DNA from: Callorhinchus milii
Lineage: Eukaryota
DNA length: 64,000 nt
NCBI RefSeq assembly: GCF_018977255.1
Contig: NW_024704742.1
Coordinates: forward strand, 79,672,001-79,736,000
Direction: 5' to 3'
Position numbers and translations under genes: made by a program. The notes under the pieces were generated by a model. It saw only the letters and a list, made by a program, of their open reading frames with translations. It made no database searches and was not told the origin of the DNA. This document shows positions 13,001 through 28,000 of the stretch, in pieces; position 1 is the first letter of the stretch, and each line of letters begins with the position of its first letter.

Positions 13001-16000
13001 TTATTGCTTGGACATGATGGTTCACAAACAATTCCAAAAACTAATATGCGAAAAATGTCAACCAGGCTCCAACAAAGCTGAGAAAATCTTTCTAATGAGA
13101 GGGTGCATCTCATCGATTCAGAACACAGCGGAGAGTGAAGGAGATTGCTGGCTGCACTTTAGCTGATTAAAAGTGCAGCGCTAATGAAGCAGAGCATCCA
13201 AGCATAAAGTAAATATCTCATATAATTCCTCTTCTAATCATTACTAAACAAAAACGAGCAGCATTGCACTATGCCAGCACTAACTCCGGTGTCTGAGAAA
13301 AATATTGTAATTATATTGTTCGCCATTAATGCAATCCTTTCTCCAATTGCCCCAGAATCCTACCTTGAAGTCCCGTGGGGCCATTATTTCTATCTCTGCT
13401 TTATTCCAGCCTTCACCTTTATTTCCATATTCTTGCCAAATTGGTTGTCCGGAAGGATAATCTAAATTGTACATCAAGAAAAGTAATTTTGAATTAAATG
13501 CGTCAGGCTTCCTTTACAAATATTTTATGCAGTTTGCCTCCTCTTCATGAAATGAGATTGTCATTGGTGTTTTAGAGTGCTTGCTGAGGCTTTGAAATAA
13601 TTATTATTTAACTAGCTTTCTCAGGTCCAGATCCGGAAATGAGGATATTAACTACTTAGATGTTTACAGATCAACTTCACTTTGTGCACCCACTAACATA
13701 CCCCGACACCTGGAACAGAATAGGTCCAATGGTTTCAAGCAATTATTTGCCAACTCACATTTGCAAATCTATTTCACGTGAATTGCACTCAGGCTTACAC
13801 TATGAGGCCATCCTGTATTAAAATTAAAATGAACATAGAGGATTGTGGACATTTTTCAAATTCAGTCTTTATTTTGAAAATGGTTCTTTTAAAAAAATGG
13901 TAAAATGTTGTTCAATTAAATCTGAATTTAAATTTTTTTGCCTAATTCTGTGCTATCTTAAATTGCAAGAGTAAATGTTTGAAGAGGCTAATACCAGGGC
14001 TTAGAAGCTGTGGTCATACTTCAGATTTGTTAGTTAGGATATAAATTGAAACAGAATTTTGCTAAACATGGGAGATGTGTCTCTGTGCTGTGGGCAAAGC
14101 GGAAACTGGGCTGGAGAAGCTTTAGTAGGGAGTAGAGCGAGAGGGGTGAGCAAAGAAACTCTGCAAAGGGCATTTACTGTGAAGTGCAATCAACAATTGT
14201 GTATTTGTAGGCCAACACATCATCCAATTTGCACACAGCAATGTCTGACAAACAGTCATGAAGTAAATGACCAATTTATCTGGGGGCCAGGAGTGGGAGT
14301 GTTACCAACTGAACCAGGCTGTCGAAAGGAACAACAACAAAATACAGTACCTATATATAGTACCTTTAACATCAGAAGGACTTCACACAAGGCATTGGAC
14401 AGTTAAGTGTTTGCATCAGAGCAAGGGGTTTGAATCAAGAGGGATGGAGGATAGGGGGTTGGGAGGTTGTTTTGTTTACAAACTGTTCAACAACCAGTAT
14501 GTTAGCCTAGCTCATGGTTAAAGAGGAAGGTCTCGAAGGAGGAAAAGGAGGGGATGAGGCGGAGGCATTTGGGGATGGAGTTTCAGAGGGTGGAACAGAA
14601 AAGCTGAAGGCTTGACCACCAATGGTGGGGCGGGCACTGTCTCACATCGCAGGCCACCGAGACCCTCATATATGCATTTGTAACATCCAGACTTGACTAC
14701 GCAAACTCCCTGCCTGTTGGCCTCCCCAACACCTCCCTTCATAGGCTGCAGATCATCCAGAAGTCTGAAGCTTGTGTCCTCTCCTGCACCAGGCTCCATG
14801 ACTCTATCAACCCCATCTTTGCCCAACTCCACTGGCTTCCCATCACACAGAGGATACAGTTCAAGAATCTGGACCTTACTTCCAAAGTCCTCCATGGCCT
14901 TGTTCCCCCCTACCTCTGCATCCATCTAACCCACTACCAACCTGCCCGCTCCCTCCGCTTAGCAGGCTCTGGCCTGCTTCACACCCCCCACCCATAGGTG
15001 GGTGGGCCTTCGTCTAACCCACTACCAACCTGCCCGCTCCCTCCGCTACGCCCCCTCCCTTGCCTCCTTCAAGACCTGTCTCAAGACCCTCCTTTTTGAC
15101 TGTGCCTTCGGTCACCCACCTTTCCCCCGCCACCACTCTCTCCAAACCTGACCCCCAGCTCGGATCCAAAACACTAATTGTCCAATGCCTTGGAACATCC
15201 TCTTGACGTGAAAGGGATTATACATATGTAATTTTGTTGTTGTTTTTGATGACCGAAAATGATCCCAGCAAACCAGCAATCAAAATTTATGGCTCTCACC
15301 AGGTTTAGTAGGGGAGAGTGAACGGAGGAATTGAAACAAAAAATTTAAGACACATTTTAATAAAGAGTGGAGGGTGACAAATGTGTCATGTGATGCTGTA
15401 ATTAACAGTATAACTTTTACATTATAAAACATAGCGTTGCATCCAGGATATAATAGATTGTGATAATTAGCACATCACACACCCATATTTTGCATCCCTG
15501 AATGCATTTGCCCAGATTAGCAAAAATATTCATCACGGTAAAACAAAAATAAGCAGTTTAATTTTTTTTAATAAAAATTCAAGAGGCTACAAATATTCTC
15601 AGGATCACATTTATAAACATTTTCACCCCAGCAATTACAATCATTAACCTACTCTCTGTGATACCAATATTCATTGAACTCCATTTATTCATGAGAAAAT
15701 CCCACACCATGCACTTAAATATATCCCTTGCAGGGAAGCAAACACAGTATAAATTATCTATGAACTCCTTGAGAGATGAAAGACGATCTCACATTATTTT
15801 GCTTACAGACTGTTCAACAACCAATATGTTAGCCTAGCTCAGTAGTAGTTGGACTCTCGCCTTTAAAGGTTGTGGGTTCAAGTCCCGTGTTGGGACTTCA
15901 AACTCCCAATGTAAGCTACATTTTAATGCAGTGCTGCTGGTTTGCTCCATTGTTAGAATAATAATCCTTGCATTTGATATAGCGCCTTATCACATCTTCA

Positions 16001-19000
16001 AGGCGTCTCAAAGCACTTCACAGAATATACTGTAAAGTGAATTGACTGTATATTTTGTGGGCAAAACACGGCAGTGTCCCACAAACAGTCATGGATGGAG
16101 TGATCAAATTAGTATTATTATTATTTTTGAAAGATTTATTACCCCCGGAAAAGCGATTCGCCAATCGACTAACAACCAGGTTCCTACTTACTGCGAAATA
16201 AATAGACATGTGGAATAAGGAAACTTGCCCAATGTTTTGTCCTGCTGGGAATCAAGTCCAGGTCTATCGCTTGCAAGGCTAGCACTCTAACCACTGAGCT
16301 ACAGAACACTTATCTCATAGGATTGTTGGAGGTCCTACCCTACAGATGAGACTTTAAGGTCCTGTTTGTTTAGGTGGATTTTAGAGATCCCATGGCACTA
16401 TTTGAAAGAAAAGGGAGATTTCCTGCTGTGCACAATTTGGCTGTCGCAATTGCCTACAAAATGCAGTCACTAATTTTGCAGTATATAATGTGTAGCACTT
16501 TGAGACACTCTTGACGTGAAATGTGCTACACCAAGGGAAAAAAAGGATTTTTTTTAAAAAACAGGGATAGATGTAAAAGCTCACAGTAAACATCAAACCC
16601 TGGGATTTCTGAAAGGGCAAACAGCAGGGTAATGCTGGTGATATTTTCCTAGCTCTTCTTACCTTCAGTAGCAGAGATTATATAGACTCGGAGAGGTCCC
16701 ACCATGATGCCTTGAAATAAGCTGTGTATGTGGAAATAAAAGCTGAAGCATGCACGTTGGGTACCAAGGAGCACTGGAGATACCAAATATGCCTTTTGAT
16801 TTTCTTTCAGGCCTGTGGTTTCTATGTACACATATGATCCTGTCAGTGGGAAGAGAGCACAACGCAACTATTCAATAATGCAACACTCGGCTTTCATTAT
16901 TTTCTGGATTAAGTTTGAGCATCTTATGCAGTGCTTAGCACACGTCAAAACATTCCACTATCACCTTGATTTCCAAAACCTGATGATAGCAGTGTTCTCA
17001 TGCACACTGTCAAGAGTGCCTACAGAATACCTTAACATTACCTCATTCAGCTTGTGAATGTATTTCTCGAGTCCCAAATCCTCAGCTCTGTACTAGTAAG
17101 TCATGTTAAAATGAGCTTGCCATCTTGCATTTAATAGCCTGCACACTAAGTTATGTCGATCTCAAGGATTGTAAAAATTGTTTTGATACAGCACAGATTT
17201 CAATGGGTTATGCAATGATTGCAATACTATCATGAACAAATAGTGCAATACTATAGTGTATTACAGTGCCATACTGTTACTATTTTGATGCTGACAGTAC
17301 TCATGAATCTCCTTTTTAGGCTATCAAATAAAAAATTATCTGATTTTATGTCACTTAAAAGCACAAGACTGAGTTTATGGAACTACAGGGCCAAATTTTA
17401 TTATGTAGCATTACATACATAGAGTCTACAGCACTGAAACAAGCTACTTGGCAGAATTGATCAATGGCAATATTTATACTCCACATGAGAATCCATCCAT
17501 CTATTCTAATCCCCCTTCCCTAGCCTCCCCATATAGATCTCTATTCCTTTCATGCATGCATCAAGATTCCTCTTAAATGATTTCTGCTTAAAACATAGCT
17601 TCTGGCAACGAGATCCACATTCTCACTTACTCTGTGTAAAGAATGTCTTCCATAGATCTGTTAGTGGCTATCTTATACTTGTGCCCCTTTATATGTACTC
17701 ACCAACATGTGGAAACAGCCTATTCATGTTTATCTTATCATACCGCTTCATAATGTTAAACATCTCTATCTATTAGGACAGTTTTTCAAAATGTCTAGCA
17801 TTTGACCTCCCACTCATAAGGAAATTGACTTTCTGTGATATTATTGATAGTCTGCATTTTCTAAAGGGGAATTTAAAATAGCAGTGGAAGTCTGTCTTCG
17901 GGGAAGTCAAACTCCTGTTTAGCTAGGCATACAGAAAAGCAAACAAAATTAACATTATAAATGTTTTTATGGTCATTCTGTGAACTATGTTTCACCAATA
18001 AATAACTGGAGTTCCAAAATGCTCTCCTTATACTTTATGCAATGTTACTGCAAAATAAATCTCAGCCAAGTCAGATCCCATCCTCACACAACATCCACCC
18101 ATGTAAAGCTACCAGCAGGATGGTTATTAGGAACTCTGATGATTTTCCACTCCATAATTCAGGGGCACTGAAGCCAATTGTAACATCTCAATATCTGCCT
18201 TGTATAAGATCAGCTCAAGCAAAACGGGATTCAAACCTGCAACTGTCTGCTCTAGTGCATTTTTTATCCACTAGACCATTCCTTCTTATGTTTTATTGCT
18301 GATTTTATCCCCCCCAAGAGCTGATACATTTGCCATCTCAAACAAACTTCCTGAAATCTTTCTGTTTCAATCATTTTTTTAGCACACGTGAAACTAGACC
18401 TCAAAACAAATTTTGAAACACCACAACTGTATGTAAATCCTAGAAAAAACTAACCACAACATTATAATAATATTTTTGCATTTGATATAGTGGCTTATCA
18501 TGCTTTCTAAACATCTCAAAGCACTTCACAGAATACACTGTAGAATGAATTGACTGTACATTTTATTGGTGAAACACGGCAGCCAATCGCACACAGCAGT
18601 GTCCCACAAACGGTCGTTGATTGAGTGACCAATTTATCATTATTATTTTTTGGAAGGAATTATTACTCTCAGAAAAGTGATCCGCCAATCAACTAACAAC
18701 CGAGTTCCTACTTACTGCTGGGTAAACAGGTGTGTGGAGTAAGGAAACTTGCCCAACATTGTGCCCTGCCAGAAATCAAACCCAGGTCTCTCGTTTGCTA
18801 GATGAGTGTTCTAACCACTGAGCTAGAGGACTTCATTATACACCTGATTTCTAAGTCTTTATGATGAATTATCTCATTAACATTATCGAGGATGTTTTGA
18901 AAATCACTATTTATGAGTTGTCCATTTCTAATTTACCAAATTGAGCTTCACAAACTTTAACAAACTGTGAACATTTACTTGACAGCTCTTCTCTCTGAAT

Positions 19001-22000
19001 CAGTTCTACGTCATTGGTTGCTAGACCCTCTGTTTTCATTCTCCCCTGTCGGTATTGCAAGCTGTTTTCTTTCCTAATAGCAGCTGGATCCACTAAAACA
19101 AAGTCTGTATGCACACATGTTTCAACTCAGTTGGCTTCCTAGATAAAATGTGTACATTACTAACACCGGTCAAACTACTTCACTAGCCTTGCTATTGCTC
19201 ACTCCATCTCACAGTAGCCATGTTTTCTTGTGTTGGCTCTACGTCCTATGGGGCCTAGTTATTGCTGATAATATACATTTTTAATGTTGTGCATGTTGCT
19301 TCAGAGAACAGTGTCAAAACATCAATGTGCAATAGATGCAAAAGGATTTATAAATACTGTAGGAAATCCTGCAGGTGAGCCCTCTGCTCCAATGACACTC
19401 AGCACCAATATCCTGCCAGGTGCTAGAATCTTCCATTTCTGCAATTCAACTTCAGAGAAGTTAGGAATTGGTATCAGACTTTGAACAGATTTCCAGTAAG
19501 TTAGCTTCCATTACATCTAGTTACCTACAGGATTTACTGTCCTAAATCCTTTTGAGAATCTCACAAATCAAACCCAATACAGCCACTTGAACATAAACAG
19601 TCCTATAAAGAAACTCAAAAGAGCACCTAGCCCCCACCCCTAGAAAGCTTACTTGCCAAGTACAAAAAGTTTTTCGTAATTACTTAATGCCAGTCTGAAA
19701 GGTCATGTTAACAAGAACACTTTGACAAATGTTCATTGAGTACATTGTATATCACTGGCTGTTATAGGTCAAAGTTACTGCTGTTAAAGTTCTGCAAAAT
19801 TAAATAGACTTAACACCAGTCTGACTATCATTTAGAATTTTCAAACTCGTTAACATTAACAATGTAATTCAAGAAATAAACAAAACTGCAGTAAGGAAAT
19901 GACAATATATCAACAAGTTGAATACAGTGTAGTTGAAGAAAGATGAAAAGCTATCTGGAATTAAGAAATTATGCATTGTGTTGCTAGCACTTTTAACTAA
20001 CAACATTTAAATTCATTCACTGGTTAATATTTCAAAGCACCATCTGTTTCATTACAATTGCAATATATTTCAAGGAATCTATGATGCGTAAATGCTTGGG
20101 TATAAATATTAAATAAGAGACCTTTTAATGGATTGGAACATCATCAAGTATGAATTGCTTTAAAATTAATGTTCCCAAAGAGGCGTACATAGGGCATCCA
20201 AACATGAACCATGTGTTTTGAATGACACATCACCAAACACATTCATACTGATTTTCATCCTCTGACTTTCAATGCACAAACCTATTTCACACACCATCCT
20301 GATAAGACATATGGAGGTATCCGCCAATTCGTGAAAAAGACACTAAGATATGTTTATATATAATATACAGTGGAAGCCGCTTTAGCTGGACCCTGGTTAA
20401 CCTCGGACACCGGATAAAACAAACAAAAAGTCCAGCAACGATTCGTTTGTATTTTCACCTGTTTTAAATAATGTGGATAATTCAAACCACAATCCAGTTA
20501 ATCCGGACAAAATGACGCACTGGTTGCTGCTGAGTATACTCTCTCTGTGCCTCAAGTGGCTCCATTCAGCAATGTGTGGCTCCGGGATGAAGATGGGAGG
20601 AGTCAAATTGCCATTCACAAGCCCTCTGGGCTGTCATTCAGTGAAGGAGTGGAGGAACAGGGAAAAAACAAGGGAGGAATTGAGAGGAGTCAAATCATGA
20701 TTGATTGATAGCTGCAGCCTCTTATGAATGAGTGGAGTACCCATTAATTCACAAGCGGCTTCAGGTTGTCAATCACCTCGGAGCCATCACTAATTGGTCT
20801 CCTTCCTGTCCAATAGGAACGGCAATGGGAAGAAGGTGATGCCACTGCTCCTCAACTGGGCAGGAAGAGGTAAGGCAACTTTGATGAACCTCGGGGCACC
20901 ATTCATGTCAGGAACCTAAGGTTTTCGCGCTGCTGCCTGAACACCAAAGCTGGGGTGAAAATGAATGGGGTGGGAGGGGAAAGATGATCAAAAGCGTGGC
21001 CAAAGAGGTATATCTTGTTAGCAGAGGAGGTCATAGAAACAAATAGATTTGAATAAACAAAGATTGATAAAGAGAGCGAGAAATGAAAAGGTTGAAATCA
21101 ATCAAAAAGGCTTGTTGGACCAAACTACCTATTTTCTGTTCCTGAAAAATTTAACAATAACATTGGTTATATTAGCACCCATATTATTGAAATCTCACAA
21201 AGCGCTCAAAAGGGTAATTACTGTCTAGTGACTGTAACCGATATACAGCAAAGTCCCACAATTAACTATCAAGTGAATGATCAATTTTATCTGGAGCAAT
21301 CGCTCCATGTCGGGAACTCAGAAGGTTGTAGATTGAAGCCACACATTGGAATATGGAATCACACAGTCTAAGGTGATACTCCATTGCAATGCTGGGGCTG
21401 TGTTGTATTGTTGGAGGTGCCATTCTTCAAATGAGACATTAAACCACGCCCCCCACCCCCGGGATCACATCAGGGAACACCATGTTCCTATTGGGTTGGC
21501 TGCCCCAGCCCCAGCCTATGGGCTAATATCGCCCACCTTACCGCTCGCTCCCGGTCCCCGCGTGCGCACTATGGCTGCCGCTCTGAACCTCACCTCCTCC
21601 CTCCCTCCTCCTCTCCCACCTCTGCATCTCTCTCGCTCTGTCCTCCACTCTCTCCGTCCCTCTCACCTTCTATCCCCACTTGACCCTCCCACAACCTCCC
21701 TCTGTTCCAGCTTGGGAATCCTCCACCGGGCTCACCGCGGCACTTGGCGTTGGCTGTCCAGCAGCAGCCACACCAACTGCCCCATTCCCCACCACACTCG
21801 CCAGCCACCCCGGACACAGACCCGGGGAGCCAACCTCTCCTCCCTCATCCCCATCCCCCCCACCCCTGCCTCACAACCTGGACCCCTCTCCCTCCCCACA
21901 CACCCTTCTGTCAACCACTCCCTCCACATTATAATAATAATAATCCTTGCATTTGATATAGCGCTTTTCATGTCGGGAGGACGTCCCAAAGCACTTCACA

Positions 22001-25000
22001 GAACACACTGTAAAGTGAATTTGACTGTATATTTGTGGGCGAACGTGGCAGCCAATTGCGCACAGCAATGTCCCACAATCAATCATAGATTGAAAATGAC
22101 CAACTTATTATTGTTTTTGGTTTTGGAGGGATTATTATTAGGCTCTGTGTGGAGTAAGAAAACTTGCCCAAGGTTTCGCCCTCTGCCTGGAATTGAACTC
22201 AGGTCTCTCACTTGCAACGTGAGTGCTCTAACCACTGAGCTACAGGACTCCACATTGGACTACAAAACATCCGCTCCCTCAATAATAAGGCCCTGATCAT
22301 CAACGATCTCATCCTTGATGAGAGCGCTGACATCATGGCCTTAACTGAAACCTGGCTCACCCCAAGCAACACCTTCCCCCTCATGGAGGCCACACCACCC
22401 GACTACACCTCCCACCACATCCCTCGCCCCAACCGCCGTGGCGGTGGTGTAGCCCTTATCTCAAGGACACCAATTGTCCTATCCCCCTACTCCTCTGGCT
22501 CTTTCCCCTCTTTTGAGCACATCACCCTCTCCCACCTCTCATTCAGAACTTTCCTCCTCTACCGGCCCCCTAAAACCTCTCCCACCTTCATCTCCGATAT
22601 TTCTACCCTCCTAACATCTCTCTGCCTCTGCTCTGATCGCCTTATCATCCTGGGCGACTTCAACTTGCACTTCACCCCTCCTGCTCCACCTCCTCGGACT
22701 TCTCCCTCCTCTCCTCGCTCAACCTCTCCCTCCACATCAACTCATATTCACGGCCACCCACTCAATTTGGTGATCACCCGGGGCCTCAGTGTCTCGGATG
22801 TCACCATTAACGACAAGGCCATCTCTAATCACCACTTCATCTCCTTCACCACCTCCACCCCCCTCCCTACCTCCGCCAGACCCACCACCATCTTCTACCG
22901 CCCCTGGAAGAAGTTACCCCCACAATCCCTAACCGCTGCGTTGGAGTCCTCTGAACTCCTCTGCCTCAGGCCTTCATCCCTCACTGACCCCTCTTCTGCT
23001 CTCACCCGCCTCCACAACACCCTCTCCTCCACACTTGACACTCTTGCCCCCATCACCTCCCGTACTTTCTCTTACTCTCACTCCTCCCCCTGGTTCACCA
23101 CCCACCTCCGCTCACTGAAGAGGCAGGTGTGGGCCGCTGAACGCACCTGCCTCAAATCTGGACTAACGGTCCACCGGCAAATCTGGCTGGACCTCCTCAA
23201 AATCTACCACTCCACTCTAGCCTCGGCCAAGGCGTCCTTCTACTCCAGGATAATCCTGGAGGCGAACAACAAACCCAGGCTTCTGTTCTCCACCACATCC
23301 CGACTCCTCCGTCCCCCCCGCCACCCCACGCAGTTCATCTCCTTCAACCTTCACTACGAGGAGATGCTGGATTTCCTTGAATCCAAAATCAAGGGAATCC
23401 GCTCCGCGGTTACTGCCCTTCCAACTTCCACCCATCCCCCACCCTTTCCCTCCCACACTCCAACTCCCACCCATCCTCACCTACACACCTTCGAACCCGT
23501 TTCCCCACCCTCTGTCACCAAACTCATCCTGTCCTTGAAACCCACCACCTGCTCCCTGGACCCCATCCCCACTCCACTCCTTATCTCCCAGCTCCACCTC
23601 CTTGCCCCACTTCTCACAGACATCGTCAACCTATCCGTCTCCTCTGGCTCTGTTCCCATTCCCTTCAAAACTGCCACTGTCACAGCTATCAAGCTACCGG
23701 CTCATCTCCAACCTCCCCTTCCTGTCCAAGGTTCTCAAAAGAGTCGTCACCTCCCAGCTGCGCTCTTTCGTCTCCACCCACTCACTTTCCGAACCCCTCC
23801 AGGCAAGATTCCATGCTGCCCATTGCACGGAAACTGCCCGGGTCAAGGTCACTAACGGCATCTTGACCATCTGCGACCAGGGTTCCCTCTGCCTCCTCGA
23901 CTTATCGGCCACATTCGATACGGTCGACCATTCTATCCTCCTCCACCGCATGACCTCCCACCTCAACCTTCAAGGCCCAGTCCTTGAGTGGTTTAGGTCG
24001 TACCTCTCCCACCATCTTCATTTTGTCTCTGCAAACGTTTTTCCCTCCAGCCCCCGCACTGTCTCATGCGGTGTCCCTCAGGGCTCTGTCCTCGGTCCCC
24101 TCCTCTTCACCCTCTACATGCTCCCCCTCGGTGACATCATCCGCAGACATCGGGTTAACTTCCACATGTATGCAGATGACACCCAACTCTACCTTTCCTC
24201 CTCTACCCACAACTCCACGACCACCGATGTCCTGACAGCCTGCCTGTCCGACATCGAGTCCTGGACGAGAGACAACTTTCTTCAGCTCAAAGTGCGCAAA
24301 ACTGAGGCCCTCCTGATTGGCTCACGTCAGCGCCTCCGCACCTCAGGCGCTGACAGCATCGGCATCCAAGGCTGCACTCTCCACCTCTCAAAGCCAGTCA
24401 GGAACCTCGGGGTTCTGTTCGACCCTGAGCTGTCCTTTCTCCCTCATATCCGCGCTACAACTGGCACCGCCTTCCACCATCTCGGGAACATCGCCAGACT
24501 ACGGCACTACCTCACCCCTCACGCTGCTGAAACTCTGGTCCACGCCTTTATCACCTCAAAGCTGGACTATGGGAACTCTCTCCTCGCCGGCCTTCCCGGC
24601 ACCTCCCTCCACAAGCTGCAGGTCATTCAGAACTCTGCAGCTCATGTACTGTCCCGCACCAGGCTTCGGGACCACATCACTCCCACCCTCGCTCGCCTCC
24701 ACTGGCTCCCCATCCCCCAGAGGATCGAATTCAAGATCCTCATCCTCACCTACAAGGCCATTCACGGCCTTGCATCCATCTACCTCTCCGACCTACTATC
24801 CACCCACGTACCTGCCCGTATCCTCCATTCCTCTGGCTCTGGTCTGCTCCACATCCCCCGCCCTAACCGCCCTACCATCGGCGGCCGAGATTTCATCCTC
24901 TCAGCCCCTAAGCTCTGGAACTCTATCCCCCAGTGCCTTCGCCGCCTCCTCCCTTTCCTCCTTCAAGGCCGGTCTCAAGACCTTTCTCTTCAACCGTGCC

Positions 25001-28000
25001 TTCAGCTCCCCTCTTGACTCTCTACCCCCTCCTCGCTCCCTCCCTTCCCTCCTCTCACCCTGACCATTTCCCCCCTGCTCGGGTCCCGACCCAATTGTCC
25101 AGCGCCTTGGGACGTCCTCCCGACGTGAAAGACGCTCTATAAATGCAATCTTGTTGTTGTTGTTGTTGTAAACCAAGGTCCTGTCTGCCTGTTCAGGTGG
25201 ACGTTAAAGATCCCATGGCATGATTCAAAAAGAGAAGGGAATTTCCTCCGGTGTCCTGGCCCAACAAATTCGCAAAATAAAATTGGTCACTCAATTGCTG
25301 CTTGTGGGACATTGCTGTGCACAAATTGGCTGCTGCATTTCACTCACATAATACAGTCAATCCACTTTACAGTATACAAAACACAAAATACTGCAGATGC
25401 TGGAAATCTGAAAACAAAAACAGAAGTCGCTGGGAACGCTCAGCAGGTCAGACAGCATCTATGGAGAAAGGAAAGTGAGTCAACATTTCGGGTCGCTGAC
25501 CCTTCGTCAGAACTGGAGTATGTTGGGAGGGAGAGACTTTTAAAAGCTAACAGAGAGGGAGGAGGCAGGGCAAGGAAAACGAAGGAGAAAATGAGGTAGA
25601 GGACAGGGAATGATGGGTTAAAGAGGTGTTAATGATGCAAATCAAAGGGGGGGATTGCAACAAAGCAGGGAAATAGAGGGGTTAATACTGCAGAACAAAA
25701 GGGGGGAGAAAAAAACTTTCAACAAAACAGACAGATCAGGGAGAGAAAAGGTGTGTCTGGGACCCAGATGATGTGGTAATGATCACAGAAGAGGGGGAGG
25801 TGGGAGCTGAGCTGTTATAGTCTGAAATTTTTAAAATCAATATTGAGGCCAGAGGGCTGTAAGGTCCCTGGCAGATAAATGAGGTGCTGTTCCTGAAGCT
25901 TGCACTGTGGTTCATTGGAACACGTAGGAGACCGTGGATGGAGGGGTCAGAGTGTGAGTGGGAGGGAGAGTTGAAGTGGCAAGAAACCGGAAGCTCAGGG
26001 TTGAGCTTGCGGACAGAACGGAGGTGTTCGGCAAATCCAAACAAAGGAAGGGATTGCAACTTTACAGTATATTCTGTGAAGCGGTTTGAGCCGTCTCAAT
26101 GATGCGATAAGACGCTAAAACAAATGCAAGGATTATTATTTTTAAGCATGGTGAGGGTGTCCGTATGTGTCAGACATCCCACTAACGAAAAAAAGTTAAA
26201 TAGCCTCTCAACATGTGACCGGATTCATATAAGAAATAGCTGCTTGGGTGAGATACCATGATGCAAGCTCATCCTAGCCAGAGGCTGTGTTTTCAGCAGA
26301 GGATAGAACTAAGATTTGAAAATTTGCAGAAAGGAGGGAAAACAAAAATAAAATAATTTGCCTAAAAATCTTTCTCCCACAAAATAATCACTACACTATA
26401 TGTATATATATATACATATATATATAAAATATATAGTCAATCCTTGGAAGCTCTTTGAGCTGTTCCAAACAGGAAAGGAATGATATCAAAGGCAAGGATG
26501 ATTATTATAATTATCATTTCTGAATAAATATGAACTCAAAAATGCTTAGAGTGTCAGATGTTTTTGAGCGACAGTGTGTTGAAGCCCTAAGCTACTCCAA
26601 CACTTCATTTTGGTGATCCTTTCAACACTTAACATCTCCATTTCAATGGTACTATCAGGGGCAGTTGCTGAATGGATTCAGTTCACTTTAATATACCTTC
26701 CAGCACTCTCTTTCAACAAGTAAAGGATGGTGTGACAGGAAGATAAACCCTGTACCTTCTCTCTATGGATATTGGTGTTCTACTTATGTGTAAAGGAGGG
26801 TGTTTTTTTCACTTATTTAAAAAAGCTGCTTCAACAGATGTAGCTACAACAACAACTTCCATTTATATATGTATATATAACAAGGGTTGGACTCCATTCA
26901 GGATTGTTTGAAGGTCCAGTCCTAATGCTAATTGGACACCAGTGACCTGCTAATGAATTAGCACCAGTATAGAGCTGGGTGCTAGAGAGAGGTGGGGGAG
27001 CTTTGCACAAGGGTCTGTACAAAGCAATAGCTTCATTATCTAAATCTAAATAAAACCAACCTTTTTTTGTTAAAAACTTTTGGTCCAAGTTTGTTTTCCA
27101 GGCATGACCTCCGTCCTCCTACAGATAGCTATTTACTGCCTAGACCCAGGATTGTATGTGAACACACTTTAAAGAAGCACAATGTCAAAAATAAAATAAA
27201 AAGGCTTCTTACATCACTATGATTTTGAGAGGCAATTGTGACTAAGGCTCACAGCCTAATTGTAGACTGTTCCTTTAAAATGTCACTTTGTTAATGTTTC
27301 AACACAAAAGGAAAGCACTATAGGATTATAATGTACTTTTTAAATATTTATCCCCCTCCTACAAGAACCTTGTAATTTTCCCAGTGAACATTTGTGTTTT
27401 TTGAGATGATGGAATTCAGTAATTAGTTAAGGGATAGTTGCTACTTCAGGCACCTATTATAACCATCAAAGACTCAGATCCCACCTACAGAATGGATAAA
27501 TGCACAATGAAGTCTCTTCACTTTCCTCTTCCAAGTTTGGTTGTCCAAGTAGACATTAATCAAAAGGAGAAAGGTGTGTACTGATTCCCCTCTTTCACAC
27601 CCAACTTCCCTCTCAGTCTATGACCTCAATCTATTCACTAATTGCCACTTTTACTATATCTTTCCATTATCTCTCTGAAGTTACACATACTGACAGTCCT
27701 AACTGCTGGCCACTCACTTTGGTTGCTTGCTTTCTTGCTCACGCTCTGTCTCGTGTCCATGGGCTCCAGTAGAAGGTAATGTGTTGTAAGGCAGCAGGGA
27801 CTCATAAAGGCCACCACATCATCACTCCATGCTCATCAGCCATGCACAGAATGCACTATTTATAATAGGCAGTGTAGTAAGCATTGCTGTACAATTAACA
27901 AGTCTCAAGTTTACCCAATGACTCCCCCTTAACCCTAAGTGGGTCCACAGTACTCCAGGGTGCTGCTGATGACAGTACAGACTGCCTGACTCAGCGACAC

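Noticed and set aside
21346..22296. 316-aa ORF
   Set aside because: Chance read-through across a Deu SINE, the L2 5' end and an antisense Ala-SINE.
23217..25176. Multiple G/R-rich antisense ORFs
   Set aside because: They are antisense shadows of the C-rich L2 coding strand.
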